A stretch of DNA of 25,323 nucleotides from a virus (IMGVR_UViG_3300027887_000046:1-25323), one strand, 5' to 3'. Positions 8,768-16,690 are shown, numbered from the stretch's first letter. A program made the numbers and translations. The notes: generated by a model from the letters alone, not told the origin.

Positions 8768-8807
8768 AAACAAAAAACCCGCACCTGGTTTTCAACACGG
8801 CGCGGGC
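8768..8807 (-). terminator. Intrinsic terminator/attenuator in the portal-operon leader
   Basis: GCCCGCGCC...GGUGCGGGU stem followed by UUUUUGUUU. Confidence 0.7.
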
Positions 8808-8846
8808 TGGTAAACTCCGCTATTCCCAATTTGTCTATACATGCTT

Positions 8847-8874
8847 ATTATAGCATGATTATCTTAATCCGCAA
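8847..8874 (-). promoter_or_regulatory. Sigma70-type late promoter upstream of the holin-like/portal genes
   Basis: TTGCGG-16 bp-TATAAT with extended TGn; the -10 is embedded in the inverted repeat CATGCT-N6-AGCATG (8840-8857). Confidence 0.65.
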
Positions 8875-8877
8875 CAA

Positions 8878-10263
8878 TTATCCTTGATAACTCTTTGCTT
8901 TTATTCTTCCTGCCTGGTGGGTCAAGCTCCCAAAAGCTCCGCTGGCCGCATCCATCTCGTCATCATGTGGCAGGTCCGGCTGCCCGTGCATATGGTTTAG
9001 CCAGCGCTCGTTCCAGGGACCAGCTAAAAGATATACGTTGCCCACCTCTGCCTGAGCTGCCAATGGTTTGGCTCTCACCAGTTTGTCTCCTGCGCTGGGT
9101 ATGCCGCGAGCATCGATCCCGGCCATCTGCTTGGTTATGCGGTAGCTCTCGCGCTTACCCGCACTACCTGGCTCCTGTTCCCAGCGGCTGAGATATTGCC
9201 GTCCCTCTTCTTTAAATCTCGTCTGGTCCTGACGAGTAATATTCTCATACGTCCGGTCCAGCTCTGCCGGAGAGATCCGTTCTGCCGTGGTATCCAAAAT
9301 ATAATAGCTGCCATTAACTATCAACATCAGGTCACTCGCTGTGTAGTCTGGATCGTCTTTGTTTAACTCTTTTTCTGTGGCCGCAAAGTCCCAATATCTG
9401 GCAACTATGCCGCCGGCAGGTATGGCCTCGACTACTTTAAACCAACTCCGGTTAAACACTTTGCCAGCAGATGGTTTTATTTTCCAATTGCCACCACGTT
9501 TGGGATCGCCTAAGAGTCTTTCACGATCTACCAATGGCAATGCTTGCAACTTTGCTAAATATCCTGGATCCTTTTCTAACAAAATCTTGTTGTCATGCAC
9601 TGTTGACGGCACAAACGTGACTGAGATCGGCTGCAAATCTGGATACAATGCCATCAGCTCTGCCTGAGTATTTGCCCACTGCAGCTCCTCGTTGACGCGC
9701 ACAAACCACCTGATCTTGCCCGATCTCTCTAAATCCGCATAACCATCCTCAGCGATCCACCAGCTTAGAAAATCAGCTAGCCAACCAGGCTCCGGGTTGC
9801 AGGTAGCGCGTGTATAGGGTCTAATCCCGCACATCGATCGGTTGCGGGAAAGCAAGTAAAAAAACATTTTCTCTGAAAAGTGCTCGAGCTGGTCAAAACA
9901 AATTAGCGGGATCTGTGAGCCCTGGTAGCTCTCCAGGTCTTTCTCATATTGCAAATGGGCAAAGGTCACTCTGGCACCACTGTTGAAACGCCAATACAAA
10001 TCGCCCTTCAATGCCCTGGCTCCCATCAACGGGTAAATCTTTTCACTTTCATCCCACATGCCGCCCTCGTTGACAATCTCGGGATAAGTACGCCGGAAGA
10101 TGACCGCGCCAAACTCAGGGTTTTTGTAATGTCTCAGGGGCTCGATCAGCATGGACCAGGTCTTTCCCCCTCCCGCGCTGCCGCCAAATATTGCCACATC
10201 TGCCGGGGAGCTCAGGAATATTTCCTGTGGCCCCAGCTGCGGCTTAATCTCGACTGTTTCCAT
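8878..10263 (-). CDS. terL: Terminase large subunit
   Basis: GPQ Q-motif, Walker A GGSAGGGKT, atypical Walker B LICFDQLE, motif III RATCNP, nuclease YWDFAA and HDDEMDA. Confidence 0.95.
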   Translation of the reverse strand: METVEIKPQLGPQEIFLSSPADVAIFGGSAGGGKTWSMLIEPLRHYKNPEFGAVIFRRTYPEIVNEGGMWDESEKIYPLMGARALKGDLYWRFNSGARVTFAHLQYEKDLESYQGSQIPLICFDQLEHFSEKMFFYLLSRNRSMCGIRPYTRATCNPEPGWLADFLSWWIAEDGYADLERSGKIRWFVRVNEELQWANTQAELMALYPDLQPISVTFVPSTVHDNKILLEKDPGYLAKLQALPLVDRERLLGDPKRGGNWKIKPSAGKVFNRSWFKVVEAIPAGGIVARYWDFAATEKELNKDDPDYTASDLMLIVNGSYYILDTTAERISPAELDRTYENITRQDQTRFKEEGRQYLSRWEQEPGSAGKRESYRITKQMAGIDARGIPSAGDKLVRAKPLAAQAEVGNVYLLAGPWNERWLNHMHGQPDLPHDDEMDAASGAFGSLTHQAGRIKAKSYQG

Positions 10264-10612
10264 CTCGCTGATTTTCAGGCAAATACAGGATCACACTGAT
10301 CGGGGCTTCCGGCACGCCGGCCAGCTCCTGCCGTTCAACATAGCCTCGGTTGCGACCAACGGTTTTTAACGCAAACATGATAGCTGGCAGGCTGCCGTTA
10401 CGCACATGCTTTGCCAGTCCTGCCTCAGCCATGTCCAGAAACTTTTCTCGCTCTTCTTCGGTGGCCGCCTTGATCGTTGGATAACGCTCGACATATTTGA
10501 AAACTGTCTGCCGGGTAACTCCAAGCTTGCGCGCAGCTGCAGCTAGAATGCCGTGGCTGGCCCTGATCGCTTCGATTACTTCATCTGCCGTGTGTCCGTT
10601 AACTCGTGACAT
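10244..10612 (-). CDS. terS: Terminase small subunit (N-terminal HTH)
   Basis: AAARKLGVTRQTVFKY HTH, D.AE..L, AI.FALKT.GR.RGYVER; overlaps the terL start. Confidence 0.85.
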   Translation of the reverse strand: MSRVNGHTADEVIEAIRASHGILAAAARKLGVTRQTVFKYVERYPTIKAATEEEREKFLDMAEAGLAKHVRNGSLPAIMFALKTVGRNRGYVERQELAGVPEAPISVILYLPENQRDGNSRD

Positions 10613-10635
10613 AGTTACTTCTTAAAGCGTAAGTT

Positions 10636-10670
10636 AAACACAAACCGCCTGGCATTTCTGCCCAGGCGGT
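10636..10670 (-). terminator. Terminator/attenuator hairpin in the terS leader
   Basis: ACCGCCUGG...CCAGGCGGU 9-bp stem followed by UUGUGUUU. Confidence 0.65.
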
Positions 10671-10692
10671 AAAGCTGGCAATTCCCATATCT

Positions 10693-10733
10693 ATTATATC
10701 ACCCATTGTCTAAACATCTTTGATGTTTAGACA
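10693..10733 (-). promoter_or_regulatory. Late promoter (extended -10) with a perfect 12-bp inverted repeat over the -35 region
   Basis: TGATATAAT at 10693-10701; TGTCTAAACATC-ttt-GATGTTTAGACA at 10707-10733; no canonical -35. Confidence 0.6.
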
Positions 10734-10958
10734 TCTTCGTAACAAGTTTGCCAGCATCACATCATTCGTAGCAAAATGAAATTCCTGTCCGCATATACAG
10801 GAGCCATGCAAAGACCGCGTAATCAAACTGCCGGTCTTAAATAACGGCAGGTTATCGATCTTGACCATCTCACCTAATAAAACGTGACAGCTGGAACAGT
10901 AGATTATATTTGGGTCTGCCGGGACCACAAAAATAGTCGTTAGTATTTCAGGCATCAA
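10710..10958 (-). CDS. Zinc-ribbon protein (Com-like), candidate late regulator
   Basis: YCSSC..LLG and C.CG motifs; directly upstream of the terS promoter. Confidence 0.6.
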   Translation of the reverse strand: MMPEILTTIFVVPADPNIIYCSSCHVLLGEMVKIDNLPLFKTGSLITRSLHGSCICGQEFHFATNDVMLANLLRRCLNIKDV

Positions 10959-11184
10959 TCAGCTCCTTTTCTGCCGTTACCGGCTCAATCATAAGCCTGG
11001 AGCTACCGTTATCTGCCGTTATCAGACCAAAGCGTTTCTCAGGATGATACATGACTAATAATAGACCGCCATCGTTTCGAAGCGAATAAAATACTTTCCA
11101 CCCCGCATGACCGGCCTCTGCCGTTACCGCCATGATCAGGCCGGCAAGTTCATCATCATTGATTGGTGTCATCTTACGAGGCAT
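10948..11184 (-). CDS. Hypothetical protein
   Basis: ORF 10948..11247; the likely start is MPRKMTP (about 11184), after a GGAG RBS, overlapping the upstream gene end. Confidence 0.55.
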   Translation of the reverse strand: MPRKMTPINDDELAGLIMAVTAEAGHAGWKVFYSLRNDGGLLLVMYHPEKRFGLITADNGSSRLMIEPVTAEKELIDA

Positions 11185-11461
11185 CTTTACGCTCCATTTC
11201 TTCGAGGGCGGAACAAAGGTCATTAAATTCCTTTTCCCATTTATCACCCTTATATGGCATACCGTGATTGTACGCCAAACTCCACACAGCGTAGTATTCC
11301 TGTGACTGTGTAATAACTTTCATCTTTTCAATCAATTTCTTCGCCGTCTCCAAAACTGCCGTTATTGCATCAAACTTAGATTGTTCGATACAAACCATCT
11401 TCGTTGTTCTTTTAGGTGGCATCATTACAGCCATATCATCATCATTCGTTTCAGTTTGCAT
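11174..11461 (-). CDS. Hypothetical protein
   Basis: 95-aa ORF in the operon, overlapping both neighbours. Confidence 0.55.
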   Translation of the reverse strand: MQTETNDDDMAVMMPPKRTTKMVCIEQSKFDAITAVLETAKKLIEKMKVITQSQEYYAVWSLAYNHGMPYKGDKWEKEFNDLCSALEEMERKDAS

Positions 11462-11630
11462 ACTCTTCCGCCTTATCTCTGGTTATATTTTTGATGGTCC
11501 CTAAATAGCGCGTTTTTCTTTTCCTGCCGTTATCTCTGGAGCCGCGCTCGCGCAACTGCCAGACCGTTCCATTATGCGCCGGCTCAACCCGCCAACCTGT
11601 CGTTAAAGTACTCCAGGTGATGGGCTGCAT
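11451..11630 (-). CDS. Small basic protein, candidate three-stranded beta-sheet (arm-type) DNA-binding domain
   Basis: Not in the ORF track. Translated by hand: MQPITWSTLTTGWRVEPAHNGTVWQLRERGSRDNGRKKKTRYLGTIKNITRDKAEEYAN (59 aa). Fills the gap between genes. Confidence 0.6.
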   Translation of the reverse strand: MQPITWSTLTTGWRVEPAHNGTVWQLRERGSRDNGRKRKTRYLGTIKNITRDKAEEYAN

Positions 11631-11647
11631 ATTATTTAACTCTGCCG

Positions 11648-12454
11648 TTACCTCGCCGCTTTGCGAGGACGAGTAGGGTTTGCCGGTGGAGGCGTGATGA
11701 TAACGGCAGGATCCACATCTTTGGCTTCACCATCAATCACCTGGTAAGCCAATGTATTATGTTCCTGGCGATACTTTTTAATCTCGTGATTAAATGCTCT
11801 TTGCATGGCCAGATCCGCATCCATCCCGAAGGTCTTGGCAATCTCTTCGGCCATCAATTTTGCCTTCCGCTCCGCCACGATCGGCAGGGCAGCCGCAAGC
11901 ATCGTGCGGGTGAGCTCAATCCCCGTATCCGTGGCCTCTTCCTGGATTGCCAATTCGGCTGATGCTCGAGCAGCTCGCAACTTCTCGTCGGCAGCGCGCC
12001 GCCTGGAGTTTTCGAAGATCCTGGATAGCGTTTCGTTGTAATCTTCCGATGCCGCAAAATACGCAATCCCCAACAGCAGGTGGATGATAACGGCAGCCTC
12101 AATAACTATTATGGTTACGGTTGAGACCCACGGAGGTGTGATGATAAAACTCTGCATTCGCAGGATCTCAAAAGTTGCCATGCTGAGCTCACCGACCAGG
12201 CTGATCCCTAGCCCGGCCCACGCTAGCCCGATCTGCGCGCCGGACCGGTTAGAGTCTTCCCGCGCGCTAAATGCAGTAATCAAATACACCCACGTTGCTA
12301 TACTAAAAAACACCATCCCCAAAATCACAAACAGGATGTCTTGACGAAATACATCCATAAGCATTAGCAAATTTAGTCCTGCCACAGATAGCGCAGTTGC
12401 TACAAAGAAGAATTTCTTTACCCATTCACCTAAAAATCGAAATACACCGCTCAT
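11648..12454 (-). CDS. Membrane protein: four TM helices plus cytoplasmic coiled coil and Pro-rich/basic tail
   Basis: Four hydrophobic segments in aa 15-135, then a charged heptad-like region; AAGGAG RBS. Confidence 0.75.
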   Translation of the reverse strand: MSGVFRFLGEWVKKFFFVATALSVAGLNLLMLMDVFRQDILFVILGMVFFSIATWVYLITAFSAREDSNRSGAQIGLAWAGLGISLVGELSMATFEILRMQSFIITPPWVSTVTIIVIEAAVIIHLLLGIAYFAASEDYNETLSRIFENSRRRAADEKLRAARASAELAIQEEATDTGIELTRTMLAAALPIVAERKAKLMAEEIAKTFGMDADLAMQRAFNHEIKKYRQEHNTLAYQVIDGEAKDVDPAVIITPPPANPTRPRKAAR

Positions 12455-12470
12455 ATTGATAATCTCCTTT

Positions 12471-12659
12471 TTATTTGATATCTTTATTTGAAATGACGCT
12501 CATCAAAAAAATTATGAGCATGAGCACAAAAACCATAACAGCAGCTCCAGCTGTGAATATCACCATCTCGCTATCACTTCTTTTCAGCGCATCGATAAAA
12601 ATAATAGCGATCACGAACTGAAGAGCAAACACGATAAAAAATCTTAGACTTCGGCCCAT
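12471..12659 (-). CDS. Small two-TM membrane protein
   Basis: 62 aa with two hydrophobic helices. Confidence 0.6.
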   Translation of the reverse strand: MGRSLRFFIVFALQFVIAIIFIDALKRSDSEMVIFTAGAAVMVFVLMLIIFLMSVISNKDIK

Positions 12660-12662
12660 AAA

Positions 12663-13556
12663 TCAAACCATCCTTTCCAACATCCTAATTGCTTCGTTAT
12701 TTGACAGCCCATAAAGCCTGGCATACAAATCAATCACATCCATTGCCTTGCTCGTGCATCCCGAAAAGCAGCCACAGATCTGTTTCTGAGTATCGATCCA
12801 GAACGATGGGTTTTTATCATCGTGAAATGGGCAGTGAGTTACTAAATAACTGCCGCCTGATTTGCGCGTCTTGGTAAAAAATTGCTGGATCTCCAGAGTC
12901 TTTTTGATCTTGGCAACCACACCCTTGCCTGCTGCTGGCTGGGCTTGCCAGGCAGCTACCCACGGATCATCGGTAATATTTTGTTGTACTGGCTGCTGAA
13001 TATTCGGTGTGGGTGTATCCTGGACCAACAGCTCAGCAGGCAGTACCTCAGATAATGTTAAGATCTTTGGCAAGATAATCGCTTGTTTTAAAGCTAAATA
13101 TTCAACACCTGTTGGGTGGATCGAGCCAGGTCCCAACACATAACCGCGAAACTTAATATCAATCTTGCCAATCTTCCGGTTTTGTCCTGCTGTCTCACAC
13201 CTGAGATAAACATGTACTCCCCGGCTAGTCTGGACTTGAAACGCTGTCTCAGCGATCTCTTTAGATTTTTGCTGCTTATAAGCCCAAATGCGCCACCGGC
13301 TGTATTCGTTGGCGTCATCGAAATCCAGCATCATCAGGTTGAGCCAGCCAGCGACAACACCATAATTGTGTGGAGTTGCAAACCAATGCGTAAGATCCTG
13401 CTCAGTAGGTAGCTGCTTTTTATATGGCTCCCAGGTTGGGTGGCCGTCCGCGTCTTTTGGCAATAGCTGGGCGTCCGGCCTTTTATCTTTGTATTTTATG
13501 GGGATCACAGCGATGCCAGTATTTAAGAACTGAGTAGCGGAAGTGATGTTGCTCAT
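12663..13556 (-). CDS. Bifunctional primase-polymerase (Prim-Pol) with C-terminal CHC2-type zinc finger
   Basis: GIAVIPI...KRP, NYGVVAG, LDFD, TSRGVHVY and GYVLGPGSIHPTG motifs; C-terminal CPFHDDKNPSF...CFSGC. Confidence 0.88.
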   Translation of the reverse strand: MSNITSATQFLNTGIAVIPIKYKDKRPDAQLLPKDADGHPTWEPYKKQLPTEQDLTHWFATPHNYGVVAGWLNLMMLDFDDANEYSRWRIWAYKQQKSKEIAETAFQVQTSRGVHVYLRCETAGQNRKIGKIDIKFRGYVLGPGSIHPTGVEYLALKQAIILPKILTLSEVLPAELLVQDTPTPNIQQPVQQNITDDPWVAAWQAQPAAGKGVVAKIKKTLEIQQFFTKTRKSGGSYLVTHCPFHDDKNPSFWIDTQKQICGCFSGCTSKAMDVIDLYARLYGLSNNEAIRMLERMV

Positions 13557-14110
13557 GGGGTTTCTCCGTGCTCAAAGCGAGCTGAGCGAGCAGCTTCTAT
13601 TGCTTTATTAATATGATCGTTTAAAGGATTATTACCCACAAGGGATCCATCTGCCGTGGTGAATGCTCCTATATTGCATTTTTCATGATATGCATACTCT
13701 ATATATTGAATTGAAACCCTTTTACATTTCGGGCAAATGCAAAAAATCATATAATTATCCCATCCTGGGGAAATTTGATATCCTGATGGTGTATAAGATT
13801 CATCTTCTCCGGGAGGTAAACCTGCAAAAGCAACCAAATCCAATCCAAATGCTTCCATTCGCTCAGTATGTTTTTCTATCTCTTCAACGGTTGCCTTTAT
13901 CTCTATCCAACTCCCCCCTTTATCAAAATTTCTCAAACCAACATCAGGCAACCAAAAATCAGGAAGGTAATAAGAGCCATCATCAAGCTCATATCCTTCC
14001 TTCTCGTACTCCCACTTGATACCCAGTGCATCAAAGAAAACAGCCCATCTCGCCTCCAGCCTAGAGCGAAATCGGTAGCCTTTATACTTAGTTTCGATAG
14101 CCTTAATCAT
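13553..14110 (-). CDS. PD-(D/E)XK nuclease-fold protein
   Basis: FRSRLEARWAVFFD..W.YE.EG, YLPDFWLP and WIEIKA motifs. Confidence 0.8.
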   Translation of the reverse strand: MIKAIETKYKGYRFRSRLEARWAVFFDALGIKWEYEKEGYELDDGSYYLPDFWLPDVGLRNFDKGGSWIEIKATVEEIEKHTERMEAFGLDLVAFAGLPPGEDESYTPSGYQISPGWDNYMIFCICPKCKRVSIQYIEYAYHEKCNIGAFTTADGSLVGNNPLNDHINKAIEAARSARFEHGETP

Positions 14111-14124
14111 TTTTCTCCTTCTTT

Positions 14125-14300
14125 TGTTACGACTGTTACGACCTGTTACGGCTTTTTGCTAGGAGGTTTAAAGTAGTATCACTTTAAGTGTTTGTTGTAT
14201 TTAAGGTTGTAACAGTCGTAACAGTCGTAACACAGAAGAGAGTATCTTCTATATAAAAGTGACTCATTCTGTGTTACGACCTGACGCGACCGTGACGACC
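14125..14300. repeat. Putative replication origin: direct and inverted TGTTACGAC iterons
   Basis: Three tandem copies at 14125-14152, three inverted copies at 14206-14232, one copy at 14272-14280 plus two degenerate copies; AT-rich spacers; lies between the helicase and nuclease/primase genes. Confidence 0.8.
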
Positions 14301-15755
14301 TCATATGATTTGCAGTCCTACAAAACCACGTTGTTGCTGTCCTCTAATACGCTCAGTGCGTTTTTCTAGATCAATTACTGTCATTGCTCTGCCAATAGCC
14401 ATACTCGCGGCTATTTGACTGCCGAATTTCACGCCTTTACTTTCCAAATGCTCAACAATATCCATAGTTGATACCCACCACATTTTTTCATTCTTATCTA
14501 TCCTAAAATATTTTTTGATTGCTGCCACTGTTAAATCTTCAATTTGATAACCATCATTAATTTCGTTAGCTTGCGTGAGCTCATCATCTGTTAGATTCCA
14601 AGGTTCGTCGGTCAGATATAAATCATAGGCTTGCGCCCAGATTTGTTCCACATCTAATTTGGAATAAGCCCAATCTACATCCAACATCTTACAGACCATA
14701 AATCTCCGGTTGCCAGTCGGATCAGATAAAAACCCACCCTCATTGTTAATGGTCCCTAAAAAACTAGCGATCGCCGGTCCCTGTATATCAAAATGCCCAT
14801 AAGGTTTTCGATCCTTCACAGTTTCTAGAGTTAAGAAAGATTTTAGACTTTCTCGGTCTCGTGTGCGAGTTGTTGAACCTAACTCGCTCACGGTCCAAAT
14901 CCAGGTGCTCATCAGCCTGATCCGACAATCTTTGTCATCTGGGTCAATTGCTCCCTCATGGTAATACTCAGGCATCGGGCTACAGAGCCAACGGGAAAAA
15001 TAATCTTTTCCAAAGCCCTGTCTCGCGTCTAAAACCAGCATGCGGTTTTGTGCTCTCTGCATGATTCGGGCAACAGATCCAACTAACCAACGTTTTAAGA
15101 ATAGTGGGAAAATATTATTGGCATCTTGAAAATAACTAGCTAACTCCGTGATCACATCTTGCCCTTGATAGGTCAAGCTTGCAAAATAATCTCTCAGCGG
15201 GTGATATCGGTTCTGCCAAGCATGTGCAATATAGGCATCCTCAGCTGCATTGATATGCTCTGCGCCGGCATCTCGCAGCTTGCCCCGGATCTCCGCAGCT
15301 AGCGAGTCGGTGATTGGCTTGCCATTAACCTCGATATTGTTTGTACACAGATTATATTTAAAGCTGTAGCCCAGGTTTTTAAGAATATTTAAATAATCGC
15401 CGGTCTTTTTTCTTTTTCCGGGAGGCGCCTGGGTCTGTGTGTATTGGTGGATTTGTCCAGCCCGTGTGCTTACCGCGCCCGATATTGCTACCTGCAGGTC
15501 ACTGGATAAATTACTTAACGCTTGCAAAAATGCCTGGTTGGGATCTCCACCCTGGATCATCGTCGCGTGGATGCTCTTCCACGGCTCGCCGTTGGGCGTG
15601 ATCAGGCTCACCGGCTGGTTGGAAGCCACCGCCCTAGCGATACACTCCAGACCGTCTAAGAAGTCAGTCTCGGGCTCAGCCGCGTAGTGACGTTCCAACG
15701 TCTGCGCGTCATTGCTGTCGATGCCTGCGTTTAAGAGGACGCGGATAAAGGTCAT
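14301..15755 (-). CDS. VapE/VirE-family P-loop ATPase (replicative helicase)
   Basis: YHPLRDY, RWLVG.VAR, QGFGK, WIW...EL, R.PYG and GTIN...FLSDPTGNRRF motifs; winged-helix-like C-terminus. Confidence 0.88.
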   Translation of the reverse strand: MTFIRVLLNAGIDSNDAQTLERHYAAEPETDFLDGLECIARAVASNQPVSLITPNGEPWKSIHATMIQGGDPNQAFLQALSNLSSDLQVAISGAVSTRAGQIHQYTQTQAPPGKRKKTGDYLNILKNLGYSFKYNLCTNNIEVNGKPITDSLAAEIRGKLRDAGAEHINAAEDAYIAHAWQNRYHPLRDYFASLTYQGQDVITELASYFQDANNIFPLFLKRWLVGSVARIMQRAQNRMLVLDARQGFGKDYFSRWLCSPMPEYYHEGAIDPDDKDCRIRLMSTWIWTVSELGSTTRTRDRESLKSFLTLETVKDRKPYGHFDIQGPAIASFLGTINNEGGFLSDPTGNRRFMVCKMLDVDWAYSKLDVEQIWAQAYDLYLTDEPWNLTDDELTQANEINDGYQIEDLTVAAIKKYFRIDKNEKMWWVSTMDIVEHLESKGVKFGSQIAASMAIGRAMTVIDLEKRTERIRGQQQRGFVGLQII

Positions 15756-15758
15756 AGA

Positions 15759-16322
15759 TTAGGCGTGAAGTAACAATTTCTCTATGCTCTTTGCCAACTC
15801 TTTTGCTCGGTCCGCCGTGATCGCCTGGCCGCCACTAGCCTGCGCCAGGCGGGTAAGAAACTCCCTCCCAGCTGGGTAGTCCTCCGGACCCGTATAAATC
15901 ACATCGATCTTATTTTTATAAGTCTTTGCCACTCTTAGCGCAGATTCACCATCATCTGGCTGCCCATCACTGATCAAAATAAACCGCATGCCTGGCACAT
16001 CAGCGACTTTAGCAAACTTGAGAGCCTTTTCCAAATCTGTCCCGCCACCTAAATACTGCGGTTGCCCAGACGGGTTAAAGACCACGTCGCTGGAAAAGGC
16101 TAGAACAGCGATCTTGCCGGGAAGGCTGTTTTGCAGGTTCTTTAGCTCCTCACAGGCCACCTCATAACGACTCTGCCCACCGCGGCTGTCCTTATCCGAC
16201 ATACTTCCGGATGTGTCCACGATGCAGATGCAGTCGGCATTGATAAACGTTTCAGCAATGCTTTTGTTGGCTGTCTTTGCCATTGCTGAGATACTTCCGG
16301 TGATAATAGCGTTATTATTCAT
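15759..16322 (-). CDS. von Willebrand factor A (vWA) domain protein
   Basis: MIDAS motif DTSGSM, GGTD, ISDGQPD; GGAGG RBS places the start at 16322 (MNNNAII). Confidence 0.88.
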   Translation of the reverse strand: MNNNAIITGSISAMAKTANKSIAETFINADCICIVDTSGSMSDKDSRGGQSRYEVACEELKNLQNSLPGKIAVLAFSSDVVFNPSGQPQYLGGGTDLEKALKFAKVADVPGMRFILISDGQPDDGESALRVAKTYKNKIDVIYTGPEDYPAGREFLTRLAQASGGQAITADRAKELAKSIEKLLLHA

Positions 16323-16467
16323 GCTTTCCTCCATGACAATTACCACATTTTTTGCATTGATAATGGATATGGTTACCCAGGCATACCCGGTTATGCGTGG
16401 TTTCCTTTTTGCATTGATGACAGATCATTTTCTGTGGCTTGAGCTGTACTAAGATATTTTTATTCAT
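16315..16467 (-). CDS. Small zinc-ribbon protein
   Basis: Not in the ORF track. MNKNILVQLKPQKMICHQCKKETTHNRVCLGNHIHYQCKKCGNCHGGKHE (50 aa); two CxxC motifs; GGAGG RBS. Confidence 0.65.
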   Translation of the reverse strand: MNKNILVQLKPQKMICHQCKKETTHNRVCLGNHIHYQCKKCGNCHGGKHE

Positions 16468-16690
16468 GCTTATTTCCTCCCGCCAGGTATAACCCTAACT
16501 TGAAAACCAGCTCCAGTGCTGCGTTCTGTCCAAAATTACTAAGTTTATCCATGAAAATGCTCATGATTGCGCTCAGTTGGGCTTTTTCTTCCAGCGGAAG
16601 CTGCATATAAATCTCGTATGGTTTTTGCAGCTTCTCCGGCACATTCGTGAAAATTATGCAGCCGTCAGGTTGTTTCCAGTATCGAGCCAT
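16460..16690 (-). CDS. Hypothetical protein
   Basis: ORF 16460..16759; the likely start is MARYWKQ at 16690, just after the upstream stop. Confidence 0.55.
   Translation of the reverse strand: MARYWKQPDGCIIFTNVPEKLQKPYEIYMQLPLEEKAQLSAIMSIFMDKLSNFGQNAALELVFKLGLYLAGGNKHE

Larger units (their letters stand above)
10392..12096. repeat. Dispersed cluster of the 9-mer CTGCCGTTA (10 exact copies)
   Basis: Plus orientation at 10392, 10971, 11013, 11118, 11356, 11524 and 11642; reverse (TAACGGCAG) at 10842, 11701 and 12088; one-mismatch copies at 10328, 11003 and 11597. Confidence 0.9.
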
